A stretch of 64,000 nt of DNA, from contig JAALKR010000006.1 of assembly GCA_011087955.1 (NCBI GenBank), forward strand, positions 15,661 to 79,660, read 5' to 3'. The notes beneath the pieces were generated by a model. The model did not search any database. It was not told the DNA's origin and saw nothing but the letters and a program-made list of their open reading frames with translations. The stretch's first letter is position 1. Each line of letters opens with the position of its first letter. This document shows positions 1 through 11,400 of this stretch, one piece after another. This stretch comes from Oligoflexia bacterium. Its GTDB lineage: Bacteria; Bdellovibrionota; UBA1018; CAIPTA01; JAALKR01. Position numbers and translations under genes: made by a program.

Positions 1-3000
1 CCTTTCAATTCCGGTCGTATCCTCATCAGCTTCTAACTTCAAGATAGCATCATGGAATTCGAAAATTCGATTGAATTCATTATCCACTGCTGACTGAACA
101 TCATCTAATAGTATTTGACGAATTTTTGAAGCAATCGGCATCATTAGTAATTTCTCATCTTGAAATTCATACACAAACGAGCGCGCTCGCATCAGTGGCA
201 TATATGGCGGTGCTTGATAACCTTCAAAAGATGTAGACCAAGGCAGTTGGAATGAAATATTCCAACCTATATTTTCCATATTCAAAACATAGTTATGATA
301 ATCAAAGAAGCCCATTAAGCCTCGATCTTTAGGATGGTATAGATATTTAGCCACAGACCCGTACATTACAGTCTCGCCCTCACCACTGAATCGATCAATC
401 ACTGTATAGTTAGTTTCCTGTCCGCGGTCTGACATGCCCAAAAGATTTAGTGCTGCACGATCAGCATCAGATACAGTCAAGAGCTCATAAGCTCTGAATG
501 TATCGCGAATAATTAAGTCTATCTCCATTTCGGTTGTAACTACTTTTGATTCACAGCTCAAGTCATACTCTTCAAATTGACACTCTGGAGCTGTCTCGTC
601 ATAAATTTCCAATTTTCCAACCTTATAAACATTAAGGTACATATCCAACTGCTCTTTAATAAAGAACTGCCCCCACCAAGTATGACCTTTATTCCAAAAA
701 ACTAAGAATTTTGATTGGTTGCTTAAATCAAACCCTCGATAATATCGCATTGCTTTCTTAGCAAACTCCTCTTCATTTCGAGCATCTTGAAATTTAATTC
801 GCTGTGGATGATCGATATAATCTTGAAGCTTAATCATTCCCGCAACTGGCATGATTAAGCGAATACCATTATTAACTGGGCCGGTATCAAATGTATCTGA
901 TTTATATCCTTTCGCCAGAAATTCACTAAAACGAATTAATGAATCTAACATGTGTACTACGAACTCTCCACTCTCCCAGTCAAAATAATCTGTGCCGTTA
1001 TAGCCTGGCAAGTCCGGGTGAGTAACTTTATAGCGAGTTGTAATATTTTTAATTTTTGCATAACCTGCTTCCTCGGACAGATCACTTTCGGCCACCTTGC
1101 CCTGAATTATTTTTATCTGGCCATAGTCACGATACATCTGTTTATAAAACTCGTACATTACCCAATAGAGCGCATTCTGTATATCAAGTTCTCGGCGAAT
1201 AAGTAGGGTCCCACAATCTTTAAATAGACTGCGAATTTCCATCATTATTTTTGAAAAGAAACGACGCTTAAAATGATTAGCACGTGCAATCTGATTTGTA
1301 ATTGGACTTAAAATCCTATCAATTTTTCTCTCATCTTCTAGCAACTGGAGATCATCGACCAAGTAACGTTTATAAATTTCCATTATGTTTTTCAGAATTT
1401 TAATTTTACTTTGCAAAGATAAACGCACAAGATTAATTGCATTCTGGTGCGTAGTCGAGTTGTAGCGAAAATAAAGCCGCAACGGTGAATTTGACTGTAC
1501 ATTTTGATTGTGTGTAGAAAAATCATAAAAAATTTGACCAAAACTAGAGTAAAGCAGCGTCGCTAATCGGAAGTCTTTTGGTGTAGTCGTTACAGAATAA
1601 TTTCGGTGCCTGCGTTTCTTAAAAATCTGCTGCGGCGTTAATTCCCACTCCGAAAAACGGCGCTCTTCTGCACAAACATTTAGGAGCTCCTCGTATTGAG
1701 TTTTATACACACGAGCTGGCATCGTGAAAAGCGTCAAACGATCCCGAGCCGCTTCTAAATCGGCATCCATCAATTGTTTTGAAATTAAGCTAAAGAACTC
1801 TGTAGGCTCCACTTTAAAGAACTTAAAGGCTTCCATACGGAGAGCAAAATGCATTCCTAAAGTTAAACTAGTCTGGTTTAACCACTGGTAATACATTCCG
1901 TCTGCTCGATAATCGAACCAAGAAGCTGTACCTTTCATAAAAATATGATTAAAAATTTTTTTCCCAGAAATAGAACCAAACCAGTTCTGAGTCTCGAATT
2001 TGTCTTTGAGCATTTTATAGGCGAGCATAAGCATATGCGGCGTAGATACGTATAACTTCACTGTCTGATTTATGTTCTCTACATCAATCTTCAGTTCTTT
2101 AAGGAGATTAATGTTTTCATCCAGTGCATACATAGAAAAATCGCGCACCCGAGCAATGCGATCATAGTAGTCTTTCCAATAGCTCCGAATTTCATTTGCT
2201 ACATCTAAGGCCCTACGGTGCATATCATTCTGCATATATGCTCGGCCTTTTTTTGTGCTACTGTCGTAGAAATCACCCATTCTCTGGTGAGACCGAACAA
2301 CTACACTTAAGAACTGAACTTGCACATAGTCTTTAATCACCCTTACTAATTGATCTTTATCCTGCTTAGATCCTCCCCAAATTGATCGAACTGAATCCAC
2401 GTCCCATACCCGCATATAAAGACTATTGATGATATAATAAACTGAATCTTTTTCTAATTTCTTCTTTAGCCCGTGAACCCTCAGTGCATGTTTAGTGTTT
2501 TTATTTACGTTATCATAGGCTGCGGTATACGAGCTTGGGTTGGAGGCAAGGTTCTCTTCAATTACCGATTGAAACCAAGGCTCTTCAATTATACCTCGTT
2601 CACCTAGTTCTTTCAGCGCTACCTTTTGCACTCGGGATCGTTTTGTAGCCGCTCGAGCAACGGATTGCTCCACTAAGTAACGAATATAAGATCGATAGTC
2701 TTCCGTCGTACCAAGCATATCCGGAATTCTAACTAAACGCTCCATTTGTCGATAGTGAAACTCTTCCTCTTCTTCATCAAAGTGTAGTAGATTTCCTCGA
2801 CTGATTTTCCGCCTTCTATTAAATTTTTTCTCAATTTCTGGTGCCAGGGCTAGCAGCATTCGCTCGAAGCGAATACTACGTTGCCCTTTCGCAATACCTA
2901 TACCAGTGTAGATTCGCTGCTTCTTGAGTTCGAGGTCATTCGTCTCTAATTGAGCCACACGCGCCCAAACATCAATAGAGCTAGACGTATCACGGAAAAT

Positions 3001-3471
3001 TTCAATTAAAGCACAACCTTTCATATAAGCTTCACAGCCATGTCGCACTAAAGACTCGTAATCAAGGAGTAGAGACATACAACGGCTGCCCTTGGGCTCA
3101 ATTTCACAAAGATCAAGTAGAGCATTATTATAGAGACGAATGATCTCCATAAGCTGCGCTCCTCGATTCATCTGTAACGTCAAGGTATTTAGATTAAAGC
3201 TCGCCACTTGTAGCGGCTTGATTCTCTGCTTGTAAATCTCCTCTGCTGACTGAATGCTATTATTACCTTCAGCTAACACCTGAAATCTCTCTATCGTAGC
3301 ATCTGGAACAATTTTCGGACTCAACACGAAAGAAGATGGAGCTGGTTCGACTGTGCGTTCACCTGTCTTGTGTACAGAGCTAGGGATAGACTTGCCAGTA
3401 CACGCAGAAAGACCGAAACTCATAACGAGTATTAGAGTAATTATAATCTGTCTTCGTACGGCACTCAGCAT
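1..3471 (-). CDS. Giant lipoprotein, function unknown. N-terminus is at 3471 and the C-terminus runs off the window start. Paralogue of 4420..8433
   Basis: Absent from the supplied ORF track (no stop inside the window). The minus-strand frame is open for all 1,157 codons from ATG 3471..3469 (spot-checked about 15 sequence lines for in-frame stops; none found). N-terminus MLSAVRRQIIITLILVMSFGLSAC is a signal peptide plus canonical lipobox (LSAC). Collinear similarity to the 4420..8433 product. Confidence 0.75.
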   Translation of the reverse strand, partial: MLSAVRRQIIITLILVMSFGLSACTGKSIPSSVHKTGERTVEPAPSSFVLSPKIVPDATIERFQVLAEGNNSIQSAEEIYKQRIKPLQVASFNLNTLTLQMNRGAQLMEIIRLYNNALLDLCEIEPKGSRCMSLLLDYESLVRHGCEAYMKGCALIEIFRDTSSSIDVWARVAQLETNDLELKKQRIYTGIGIAKGQRSIRFERMLLALAPEIEKKFNRRRKISRGNLLHFDEEEEEFHYRQMERLVRIPDMLGTTEDYRSYIRYLVEQSVARAATKRSRVQKVALKELGERGIIEEPWFQSVIEENLASNPSSYTAAYDNVNKNTKHALRVHGLKKKLEKDSVYYIINSLYMRVWDVDSVRSIWGGSKQDKDQLVRVIKDYVQVQFLSVVVRSHQRMGDFYDSSTKKGRAYMQNDMHRRALDVANEIRSYWKDYYDRIARVRDFSMYALDENINLLKELKIDVENINQTVKLYVSTPHMLMLAYKMLKDKFETQNWFGSISGKKIFNHIFMKGTASWFDYRADGMYYQWLNQTSLTLGMHFALRMEAFKFFKVEPTEFFSLISKQLMDADLEAARDRLTLFTMPARVYKTQYEELLNVCAEERRFSEWELTPQQIFKKRRHRNYSVTTTPKDFRLATLLYSSFGQIFYDFSTHNQNVQSNSPLRLYFRYNSTTHQNAINLVRLSLQSKIKILKNIMEIYKRYLVDDLQLLEDERKIDRILSPITNQIARANHFKRRFFSKIMMEIRSLFKDCGTLLIRRELDIQNALYWVMYEFYKQMYRDYGQIKIIQGKVAESDLSEEAGYAKIKNITTRYKVTHPDLPGYNGTDYFDWESGEFVVHMLDSLIRFSEFLAKGYKSDTFDTGPVNNGIRLIMPVAGMIKLQDYIDHPQRIKFQDARNEEEFAKKAMRYYRGFDLSNQSKFLVFWNKGHTWWGQFFIKEQLDMYLNVYKVGKLEIYDETAPECQFEEYDLSCESKVVTTEMEIDLIIRDTFRAYELLTVSDADRAALNLLGMSDRGQETNYTVIDRFSGEGETVMYGSVAKYLYHPKDRGLMGFFDYHNYVLNMENIGWNISFQLPWSTSFEGYQAPPYMPLMRARSFVYEFQDEKLLMMPIASKIRQILLDDVQSAVDNEFNRIFEFHDAILKLEADEDTTGIER

Positions 3472-3514
3472 TTTCACTACACTCCAGTTACCAGACCACA
3501 GGAACAATTAATAA

Positions 3515-4402
3515 CTAAAAACTATACGCAAGAGTTGCTTTCACAAGACGGCGGTACTTGTCGACATACCAAAGTTCGACCGTACCATCATCCGTATAGC
3601 CACCATTGCTATGAGAAACAGACATACTTAGGCTGCCCAAAGAATAGCTAAGGCTCTGCGAATTACTATAAGAGAAAGAATGAAATCCATCGCTATAACG
3701 CGTACGACGAATACCAAAGCCTAAACCAGCAGAAAGCTCACCAACAATTGGAATGGAAGAATCAACAGTCCAACCATAAGCTCCATTCGCCGTTGGCTCA
3801 TTAGAAACAGGTGAAAAATCAAATTTATTGAAAATAAATTGATAGTACACCCGGTTAGAGATCGAGAATAATCTATCGAAAAATTTCGAGTTAAGCTTTG
3901 GAGCAAGTTCCACGGAACCATGAGCACCTTCAATGCGATCCTCTTCCATCATTGGTAAAGAACCACTGGCGCCAGCTGATATGCTATGTTCAGCTCCTAC
4001 GAATTTCCCCAATTTTCTGGAAAAATTCCGCGATATACCCAAGCTTATGTGTGAAATTCCTGAATCTTCTTCATAACCTGAAATCGATGAACTTAGAGTT
4101 TTAAAAAAATAGCCTGTAGAGAAAGACATCGAAAAATAATCTCTAAATTTATATGAGGCATCAACAGCAACCTTATGTTGATAAAGCCGAGGTTCAAGCT
4201 TTTCAGCAAAATCTGTGCTAATCGAGTAACCAACGCTAGCACCAAACGGTGCTTTAGCTTCTTTATCCTCCTTTCGAGCTTCTATTTTACCCTCAGCAGA
4301 CTGTTCAGCTTTCACTGGCTTTGCTTCCGTCTCTGCAGAGTATGCGTTCCCAGAAACAACGGCCAGAGTGGCGATTATTGCTAATACTGTAACGTTCTTC
4401 AT
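3515..4402 (-). CDS. Outer-membrane beta-barrel protein, unknown family
   Basis: 295 aa. Signal peptide MKNVTVLAIIATLAVVSGNAYS, then a Lys/Glu-rich linker, then S/G/Y-rich alternating strands. C-terminus ...ATLAYSF ends in Phe as in BAM substrates. It lies 17 nt after the upstream gene and 43 nt before the downstream gene. Confidence 0.7.
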   Translation of the reverse strand: MKNVTVLAIIATLAVVSGNAYSAETEAKPVKAEQSAEGKIEARKEDKEAKAPFGASVGYSISTDFAEKLEPRLYQHKVAVDASYKFRDYFSMSFSTGYFFKTLSSSISGYEEDSGISHISLGISRNFSRKLGKFVGAEHSISAGASGSLPMMEEDRIEGAHGSVELAPKLNSKFFDRLFSISNRVYYQFIFNKFDFSPVSNEPTANGAYGWTVDSSIPIVGELSAGLGFGIRRTRYSDGFHSFSYSNSQSLSYSLGSLSMSVSHSNGGYTDDGTVELWYVDKYRRLVKATLAYSF

Positions 4403-4419
4403 AATATCTACTCCGCCAT

Positions 4420-7400
4420 TTATTCCACTTGCCCGAGAATCTTCTTACAGTCGCCTGCCGTAACCGAAATCTGTGCAAATTCTGTATAATCCTTACCAGC
4501 TACAAAGCCTTCATCGCCTTCTTTCGGCAGGAATACACCTTTAGTATCTTGAATAAAGGAACTACGCTTAGCTAACCAATTATCAATATCTTTAGAATCT
4601 AAATAGACCGTAGGCGAAGTCATAGATTCCTTAGGGTACATATAGAGTCGATTCACGCGACCGCGATCATCCACTTCAAGCTTATACAAAACCTTAAGAT
4701 CATCTACACTTAGGCTTTGGTCTGCTAATTCATAGCATTTTACCGTTTCTTCAAACTCCCTAACTGCGCGCTCCGCTACTAATACAGATGGTCGGTACAC
4801 TTCTCGCGTATTACTCCGAACCGTATCGTGCTTCGCTAAGAACAATAGTTCTCTGGCTTCTTGGTTCTTCCAGTCCACAATCGTTAGGTCTTGCGTATCT
4901 TCTGAGTTTCTATCCTTAAACATGGAATTAAAGGTGGAAGCCGCTTTTGCCGCCTGATGATAAAGATTTAACGCCTTGCCTGTCGAGTACGTCTTATAAA
5001 ATTGTTCAAACAGAGAGCGCGGTACGTTCTGCTCGTCTAAAAACAAGGCATTGACCTGAGACTCAATAATCTTAGTCGATTTACCAAGGCGCATTAGCAA
5101 GCCTTCATCTTCTGGCGTAATATCCAGAAAATCTACAATATAGAAAATTTCGTCTGTAATCTGATGCATTTTGATCGGATCGTGATCTTTCCATTCAGTA
5201 CACGAAAACCTTCCAGCCTCTCTAACAGAAGCTCGATTGCAATTTTCTTTCGCATTCTCCACAATGCCGAGTTGTTCCACCTGGTACAAATCCTGCTTCA
5301 GCTCACGGCGATAGTGGTAGAATAGTGCTGTACGACGATCCCACCAGCCGACAAACTCAAAATTTTCTGCTGCAGTCATCGCCTTACGAATAAACTCTTC
5401 CTTCGAACGGTCCGCACCAGACCCCAAAGATACTTTGACTCGGAATTTCTCATCCTTCGCTTTCTCATAGAAAGCGCTTATTTCAAATGCAGACGGCAAT
5501 GATACTTTAATTCTTCGGTTTACTACCTGTTGTAAGTTATTGCGCGCTCGAAGCACATAGTTAAACCTAGAATAGATGAACGATCCAGACTCATTGAATT
5601 CATCAAACCCAGGGACATCGCCAACCTCTGCTTTATACACTTTTGATTGTTCGGAGAGCTGGGTTAAGATTGGTAGATTTAACTTAGCACGGTCCTCTGT
5701 GCCATACTGTCCGTTCAATGCAATATTGAAAATTTCTAGCACATCCCCTTTCCTTAAACCCATGGCTGCAATTCGTTCTTTGTCCTCCATGATCTCTACA
5801 AGCTGATTGAGAGCATCATACACATTGCCTAGGAACTCGCTTTCCAAATCATAGAGTGACCGCTGTTGTTCGAATTCAATCTTATGAATGATATCAATGC
5901 AATCGTCTGCTTCTGCAGAGCGGTTACGCGCCAACTGATACGAACGACGAACTGAATCGTAGTACACATCAAAATTTGATTTCACTTGGTCTAACTTCTT
6001 CTGTATTGTTTCGTAATCTTCAATACGTTTCAAAGCACCACTTGGTAATGTTGAATGCGATTTGAGTTTTTGGTTCATGGCCCAGTGATCTTCTAAAATT
6101 TCGATCATAGTACGTACGAAAAGCACCTTGGGATAGAATTCATTATGAATTTCGCTCAAGGTCTCTTCCAGGTCACCCGTATAAACCTCACCGATCATTC
6201 CACCGAAGTCATGGGAGTTTAATCCCATATAGGTTCGCTTCATAAATGCATCTAACGTTAAATCAATCTGATAATCGGCAGTTTCTCTAGCTCTCACGAA
6301 AGCTCGGCCGTTCTCTGCTTTTTCGTGAGCAGCTAGTTCCTTATGACAAACCGAAATTGAGTCGTTATATTTCGGAGAATCATTGAACTTACGCTCTATA
6401 GCCTTCAGATTCTCAGAAATTGTGACTACATCACTAGAAATATAGCGCTTAATCACTTGATTGAAAAAACCTACTACATTTAGTTCAAACTTATTAACAT
6501 CGACCTTAGAAAAATTTTCAAATGTATTCGTTTTCAATGCATAGAAGAATGCATACAAATTCTCAAAGCGCTTAATTCGTCGACTGTCATTACCAAAATT
6601 GAACCACGGACGAGCTGGCTCTCCTGTTGTACCTCCGAATAACCAGTTAATAATTGTTTTTGCTATGAGCTTAAATTTATAGCCCCAGAAAGTTGTAATC
6701 TCTACCTCGAACTCTCGTGCAGCTAGGTAATAAGCTAAAAGCAGCATATTCGGGTAAACCGAGACAAGCTTGATATTCGTCTTAATCGAAGTGAAAATTC
6801 GATCTAGGCGCTCAAATTCTACGCTTTGCTCCCCATCCTCATTGCCCAGGCTCTGCATATTCGTCTTCACAAATCCACGAATCTCTTCAAAAGATCGAAT
6901 CATACGATCCCAGTCCGACTTCAATAAGCGAGATTCTTCGATGGCTTGCAAAAACAATCGGTCACGCTCGATGGAAGTATTGCTTCCATCATCGGACTCG
7001 AAAATACCACGAATAAATTCATTAGTAGCAATTGTGCGGCGAAGGAATTCTACTTTGATATAGCGTTCAATCAGAAGCATCATTGCCTTATTGCGAGCCT
7101 CAATCGCTGCTCGAGACTTGCCTTCTAAAGAAGCCTCCCAACACTCTTGCATGATTCCTCTGTTCCAGTGGCCGCGATAGAGTTGATCAAGGTAAAAGAG
7201 TTCTTCAGTTGCTTCAAAGGGCTCGAGCAATCGCATATTAGCCAGCGTTAAGCCAGCCTTTTCGCTTGCACGTAGGTCATTAACTGTTTTTACAAAACCA
7301 TCTCGACCCCAAGCATCTTTTTCGTTGAGACTACTTTGAACTGCTTTATCAAAACCAGATTCTTCATCCCGAAAGAATCGACAAGATATTTTCATCACTT

Positions 7401-8433
7401 CAATAGCAGTACGAATGGAACCCATACTCATCCGCTGTTCGATTGGATTCCGCAAGGTAAATCGAGTCCAAACAGTTTTCTCATCGAAGTATGGCTTAAT
7501 CTTGGTGCGATAGTTTTCGTTGTCCAAGCGATCATGAAGCTCACGAGTCACTCGTTCCGCGTTTCGCTCATGCTGCTCGCGGTCTGACGTACTCCAAAAT
7601 CGATTTGGCAGCTCAATGAGTTCATTCGTACTGACTAAATACAGCAAAGAGAGTGTGGAGTCTTCATGGCGACTACCTGTACGCATTCCTAAAGCAAAAT
7701 GAATCACATTCTTTTTCTTTACAATCACTTCATGTAATCGGTCATGGGCATGCTTCATTTCTTCTGGAATCTCTGAAGAAGAATTTGAATTGATTTTTAG
7801 ATTACTTTTTTGAAGCGCCAATACAGTCTCATGCAAGCTCCAGCCGTAAGCTTCTAGGAGACGAGTTGTGCGTGCTCCATCAGATTTACCTAACTTTTTC
7901 GCATACTCACAACCTTGAAGATTGTTAGCACAACGAGCAGCTAAAGAGTCCCAATAGCGTGAAAGGACCAGTTTCTGTTTCACAAATTCAGGGTTTAATT
8001 TTTGCATGAGATCAATTGCTTTGTTAATTTCACGGAATTTCCGTTTAAAATCAGGCTCTGTACTATAGAGTGGGTCGTACATATAATTCGAATTGAGAAC
8101 AATCTCTTTCAACGGAGTATAAACTTCATCGAATATTTGCTGGACTAAGGAAGAGTCTTTACCAAATAGATCTTTGGATTCCGCTTCCGCTTTTAACAAG
8201 CGATTCTTCCTTCTCATTTCGCTTAAACCAGAACGAATGCTATCCAGGCCAGCTGCTGTGGCAGTACTGTACGAAAATTGTGGTTCCACTTCTTCAAAAA
8301 TTTTGGGGGCGCCGCTTTGGTGCTTTGTAGATATCTTATGATCACTACTACAAGCAGTTAGTGTAAAGACCAGTGCTACATTCAGAATTTTAAAATATTT
8401 GACATATTTAAAATATTTTATCACGTCATCCAT
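4420..8433 (-). CDS. Giant lipoprotein (1,337 aa), function unknown; paralogue of 1..3471
   Basis: Long uninterrupted ORF. N-terminus ...ILNVALVFTLTAC is a signal peptide plus lipobox (LTAC). Charged, apparently helix-rich sequence with scattered Cys. No catalytic or repeat motif that I recognise. It starts 12 nt after the stop of the metalloprotease gene. Confidence 0.75.
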   Translation of the reverse strand: MDDVIKYFKYVKYFKILNVALVFTLTACSSDHKISTKHQSGAPKIFEEVEPQFSYSTATAAGLDSIRSGLSEMRRKNRLLKAEAESKDLFGKDSSLVQQIFDEVYTPLKEIVLNSNYMYDPLYSTEPDFKRKFREINKAIDLMQKLNPEFVKQKLVLSRYWDSLAARCANNLQGCEYAKKLGKSDGARTTRLLEAYGWSLHETVLALQKSNLKINSNSSSEIPEEMKHAHDRLHEVIVKKKNVIHFALGMRTGSRHEDSTLSLLYLVSTNELIELPNRFWSTSDREQHERNAERVTRELHDRLDNENYRTKIKPYFDEKTVWTRFTLRNPIEQRMSMGSIRTAIEVMKISCRFFRDEESGFDKAVQSSLNEKDAWGRDGFVKTVNDLRASEKAGLTLANMRLLEPFEATEELFYLDQLYRGHWNRGIMQECWEASLEGKSRAAIEARNKAMMLLIERYIKVEFLRRTIATNEFIRGIFESDDGSNTSIERDRLFLQAIEESRLLKSDWDRMIRSFEEIRGFVKTNMQSLGNEDGEQSVEFERLDRIFTSIKTNIKLVSVYPNMLLLAYYLAAREFEVEITTFWGYKFKLIAKTIINWLFGGTTGEPARPWFNFGNDSRRIKRFENLYAFFYALKTNTFENFSKVDVNKFELNVVGFFNQVIKRYISSDVVTISENLKAIERKFNDSPKYNDSISVCHKELAAHEKAENGRAFVRARETADYQIDLTLDAFMKRTYMGLNSHDFGGMIGEVYTGDLEETLSEIHNEFYPKVLFVRTMIEILEDHWAMNQKLKSHSTLPSGALKRIEDYETIQKKLDQVKSNFDVYYDSVRRSYQLARNRSAEADDCIDIIHKIEFEQQRSLYDLESEFLGNVYDALNQLVEIMEDKERIAAMGLRKGDVLEIFNIALNGQYGTEDRAKLNLPILTQLSEQSKVYKAEVGDVPGFDEFNESGSFIYSRFNYVLRARNNLQQVVNRRIKVSLPSAFEISAFYEKAKDEKFRVKVSLGSGADRSKEEFIRKAMTAAENFEFVGWWDRRTALFYHYRRELKQDLYQVEQLGIVENAKENCNRASVREAGRFSCTEWKDHDPIKMHQITDEIFYIVDFLDITPEDEGLLMRLGKSTKIIESQVNALFLDEQNVPRSLFEQFYKTYSTGKALNLYHQAAKAASTFNSMFKDRNSEDTQDLTIVDWKNQEARELLFLAKHDTVRSNTREVYRPSVLVAERAVREFEETVKCYELADQSLSVDDLKVLYKLEVDDRGRVNRLYMYPKESMTSPTVYLDSKDIDNWLAKRSSFIQDTKGVFLPKEGDEGFVAGKDYTEFAQISVTAGDCKKILGQVE

Positions 8434-8445
8434 CCAATCTACGGA

Positions 8446-11400
8446 TTAATGCACCATGTACCTAAAGACCATTGGCAAAAATATATTGTTCAGGGCTAAC
8501 GCCTGACTCACAACCAAACCAACGTCATCTAGCGCTTTTGTACAAACAGTTCCATTCTCGGAGTACCCCGGCTCCTCGAGGTACTTATCAAATTGCTTAC
8601 GAACAGAGTCTGTAAATTCTCGATAGCGAGTATCATTTCCGGCGATACCGTATGGAATATAGAAGCCACCAAATTTTTTGTTACTAGTGGAGAAATAAGA
8701 GCTCAAACCAGCCTTCTCTCGACAAGTTGTGCCAATATCTTCGTAGGTAGTGAATAGGTTGTGCTTAATCCCTTCTACCCAAAGAGCTGAATAATCCGAT
8801 TTGTTATATTGAACTCGAATACCCCAGGCGAGAGCAATATTGTCTGAGAGGAAAATCAAGTTTGAAATTGGATATACGAAAGTTTCTGCGGTTGTGCCAA
8901 AGAATACCTTACCTTCTGGAAGCATGTAAGCATTACCAAGCTCTTTAATTTCTTGACCCCATTCATAGATGAAAGCAATGAAATTAGAAATTTTTTCCGG
9001 ATCCTTACCACCGCCATTTGGCCGTTTAATGCGAACGAACACAGGAACAAACGGGTATCTAGCATTAAAGATAAATTGCGATTGCTGTTTGATATTCTCC
9101 ATATAGTCGCCATCGAACTCATGGAAATCGTTTGTCGATTGGAATGGGTAACCAAAAGTCTGCATTAAAAAGCTTCCCATGAACAAGGCAATTCGCCCCA
9201 TTTTGGGCTCATTGCCCGTATCCTTATTCAACTTGATATTGGAAAGAACTGAGGAAGTAATATTTTTAGTAAACTCTTCTGGATATAAAGAAGCATACAC
9301 ATACTTATTGTTCATACCACTCTTTGAATACTTATAGTTCGGGATAACATAATGTCCGTATGTAAAGAATGATTGCGCTGTAGTTAATGCAAAGAGCGCA
9401 GACATCTTGATCGGCAAGACACCAACTTCCTTCCATGTGCCCCATACACGAGACCAATCCTCAAAACCAGAGCCCCATTCGTTCGTAGGAACAGACCAAT
9501 CGGAATCATCAAATACAGAGAAATCGTTACCAGGATCTGTAATGAAACTACCTAACTCCTTCACTATTTCTCGGTTTAGATTACAGAGTTCCTCGAACTC
9601 TGGATCAGCACTCTGGATGACTGTACGAACAATATTTTTGTCCTGGTCTTTATTAGCGCATTTTGAGAAAGAAAGTAGATTCTTTGGATCATTTTCTGCA
9701 ATTTTCAAAATTTCATCGCGATACTCTCTACGCATATAATCGTAGAAAATACGTACACGAGAAAAAGTGCGAAGCGACCCACGCCATAAATAGTAACGAA
9801 CTAGCCACAGGTTATTGCGAACTTTAGCAAAGTTATTTAACTTACTCAGCCAGTTATTTTTATAGTCGTCAAAATAGCTCTTCACGATGGATGTTGCATC
9901 CCAACCCATATCCCAGCGGTTGCAATATGGATCCAATGCCAGCATGGCCATCATATCGGTACAGCTTGGAAAATAAGAAACCTTATACCCTTTAAGACTT
10001 GGGCTATATCTTCCAAGGTCTTCATCCTTGCCAGGAATACGGCCATCTCGACCTACGGGAATCTCATCGACCAAACGAACATATTCAAAGTCCACATCTT
10101 TGCCGTTATAAATTGGAATTTGGTTATTATAGATGAAGCGTAATACAAGCTTATCCTGTTCTCCAATTTTCACCTCTTCCGGACGACGAGCCATTACTTG
10201 ATAGGCATGTGGGTAGCCCATTATTGTCGTGAAGTTCAGATTTACTGTATTCTGCTTCTTTCGATCTTTTTCCAAAGCATCCCAGTGTGCATCCGGAATA
10301 GATCCCTTTATGGGCATAATATTATCTTTGAAGTTATGGCCAAGGCCCAGCATATGGCCAAACTCATGAAGCATTGTCTTCTTCAGGCTGGTCTTAACCA
10401 AATCTTCCACATCGATATCGTCTTGTAGTTCTGCTGGCGCTGCCGCTGCTTGCATTGCAAAACGGCCGATGGTGTGGTCTAAATCAACAACGCCAGTATT
10501 ATGCATACGTTTAAGGTTCTGCTCTACCTTTTGATTACGATGAGCCGTTTGTAAACCTGGAGCCATGTCTCCGTAATCTCGCCCCAGCATCACTGAGCGC
10601 ATTAGCTGATCTTCACGATAAGCATGGGCACCAAGCATCCAAGAATGCCACTTTTCCCCATCAAGCATTGAGCTAGAATCAGTGCTCATTGCATTTACTT
10701 CAGCAATACAGACCCCTATAGCTTTACCGTAGAGGAGGGATTCATCTTTCAGTAGAAACCTATTACCAGGCATCATGGTGTCACCACGAACTTCAGCGAT
10801 CATTGTCGCTAGTTTCTTGCCTAGAAACTCCCATGAATGAGCTGTTGGATTTGTGCTACCATTGGCATAAAATTTCTTTGCCATTTCTGCAAATCGACCA
10901 TCTCTAATCATGGCGTCAATGCCTTGCTCATCCAAGCCCTCAAATTGTTGTAGATCCTGAATAAATCCGTCATAACCTTTGTGTGCAATCAAATGCTTAC
11001 CGCGGTAGAGACTCTTAATCGTGTCTTCCACATTAAATACATTTGCAGAACCTTCTCGAAATGGCATACTCGTGATGTCTACTGGTGAAACCATGTGGCC
11101 AAATGGATTGCCACCAAGGATTGGACGATTGTATTCTTCACTATAGCCCGCCTCGCTTGGCATGTGCATAAACGCATCACCAGTACCGAAATTTGAACCA
11201 CGGTAGTGTTCAACCCACTCCTCTAAAGCACCGCCATAGTTGGTAGAACCAGCCCAAAGAATCTTTCCTGTTTTTACGTCCATTTGTGCTTGCGCAATCC
11301 CTAGTGGAGATCGAGCTGAAATGCGCTTATCAGACACATAAGAAATTGAGCTACAGCGAAGGTCAAAAAGATGATTCATCTCTTGCGAACTTACGACGAA

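Noticed and set aside
952-1206. Plus-strand 84-aa ORF, the only track entry in the first 3.4 kb
   Set aside because: It lies antisense inside a continuous 1,157-codon minus-strand frame that has a lipoprotein signal and a paralogue nearby. Its sequence is low-complexity and hydrophobic with no RBS, so it is spurious.
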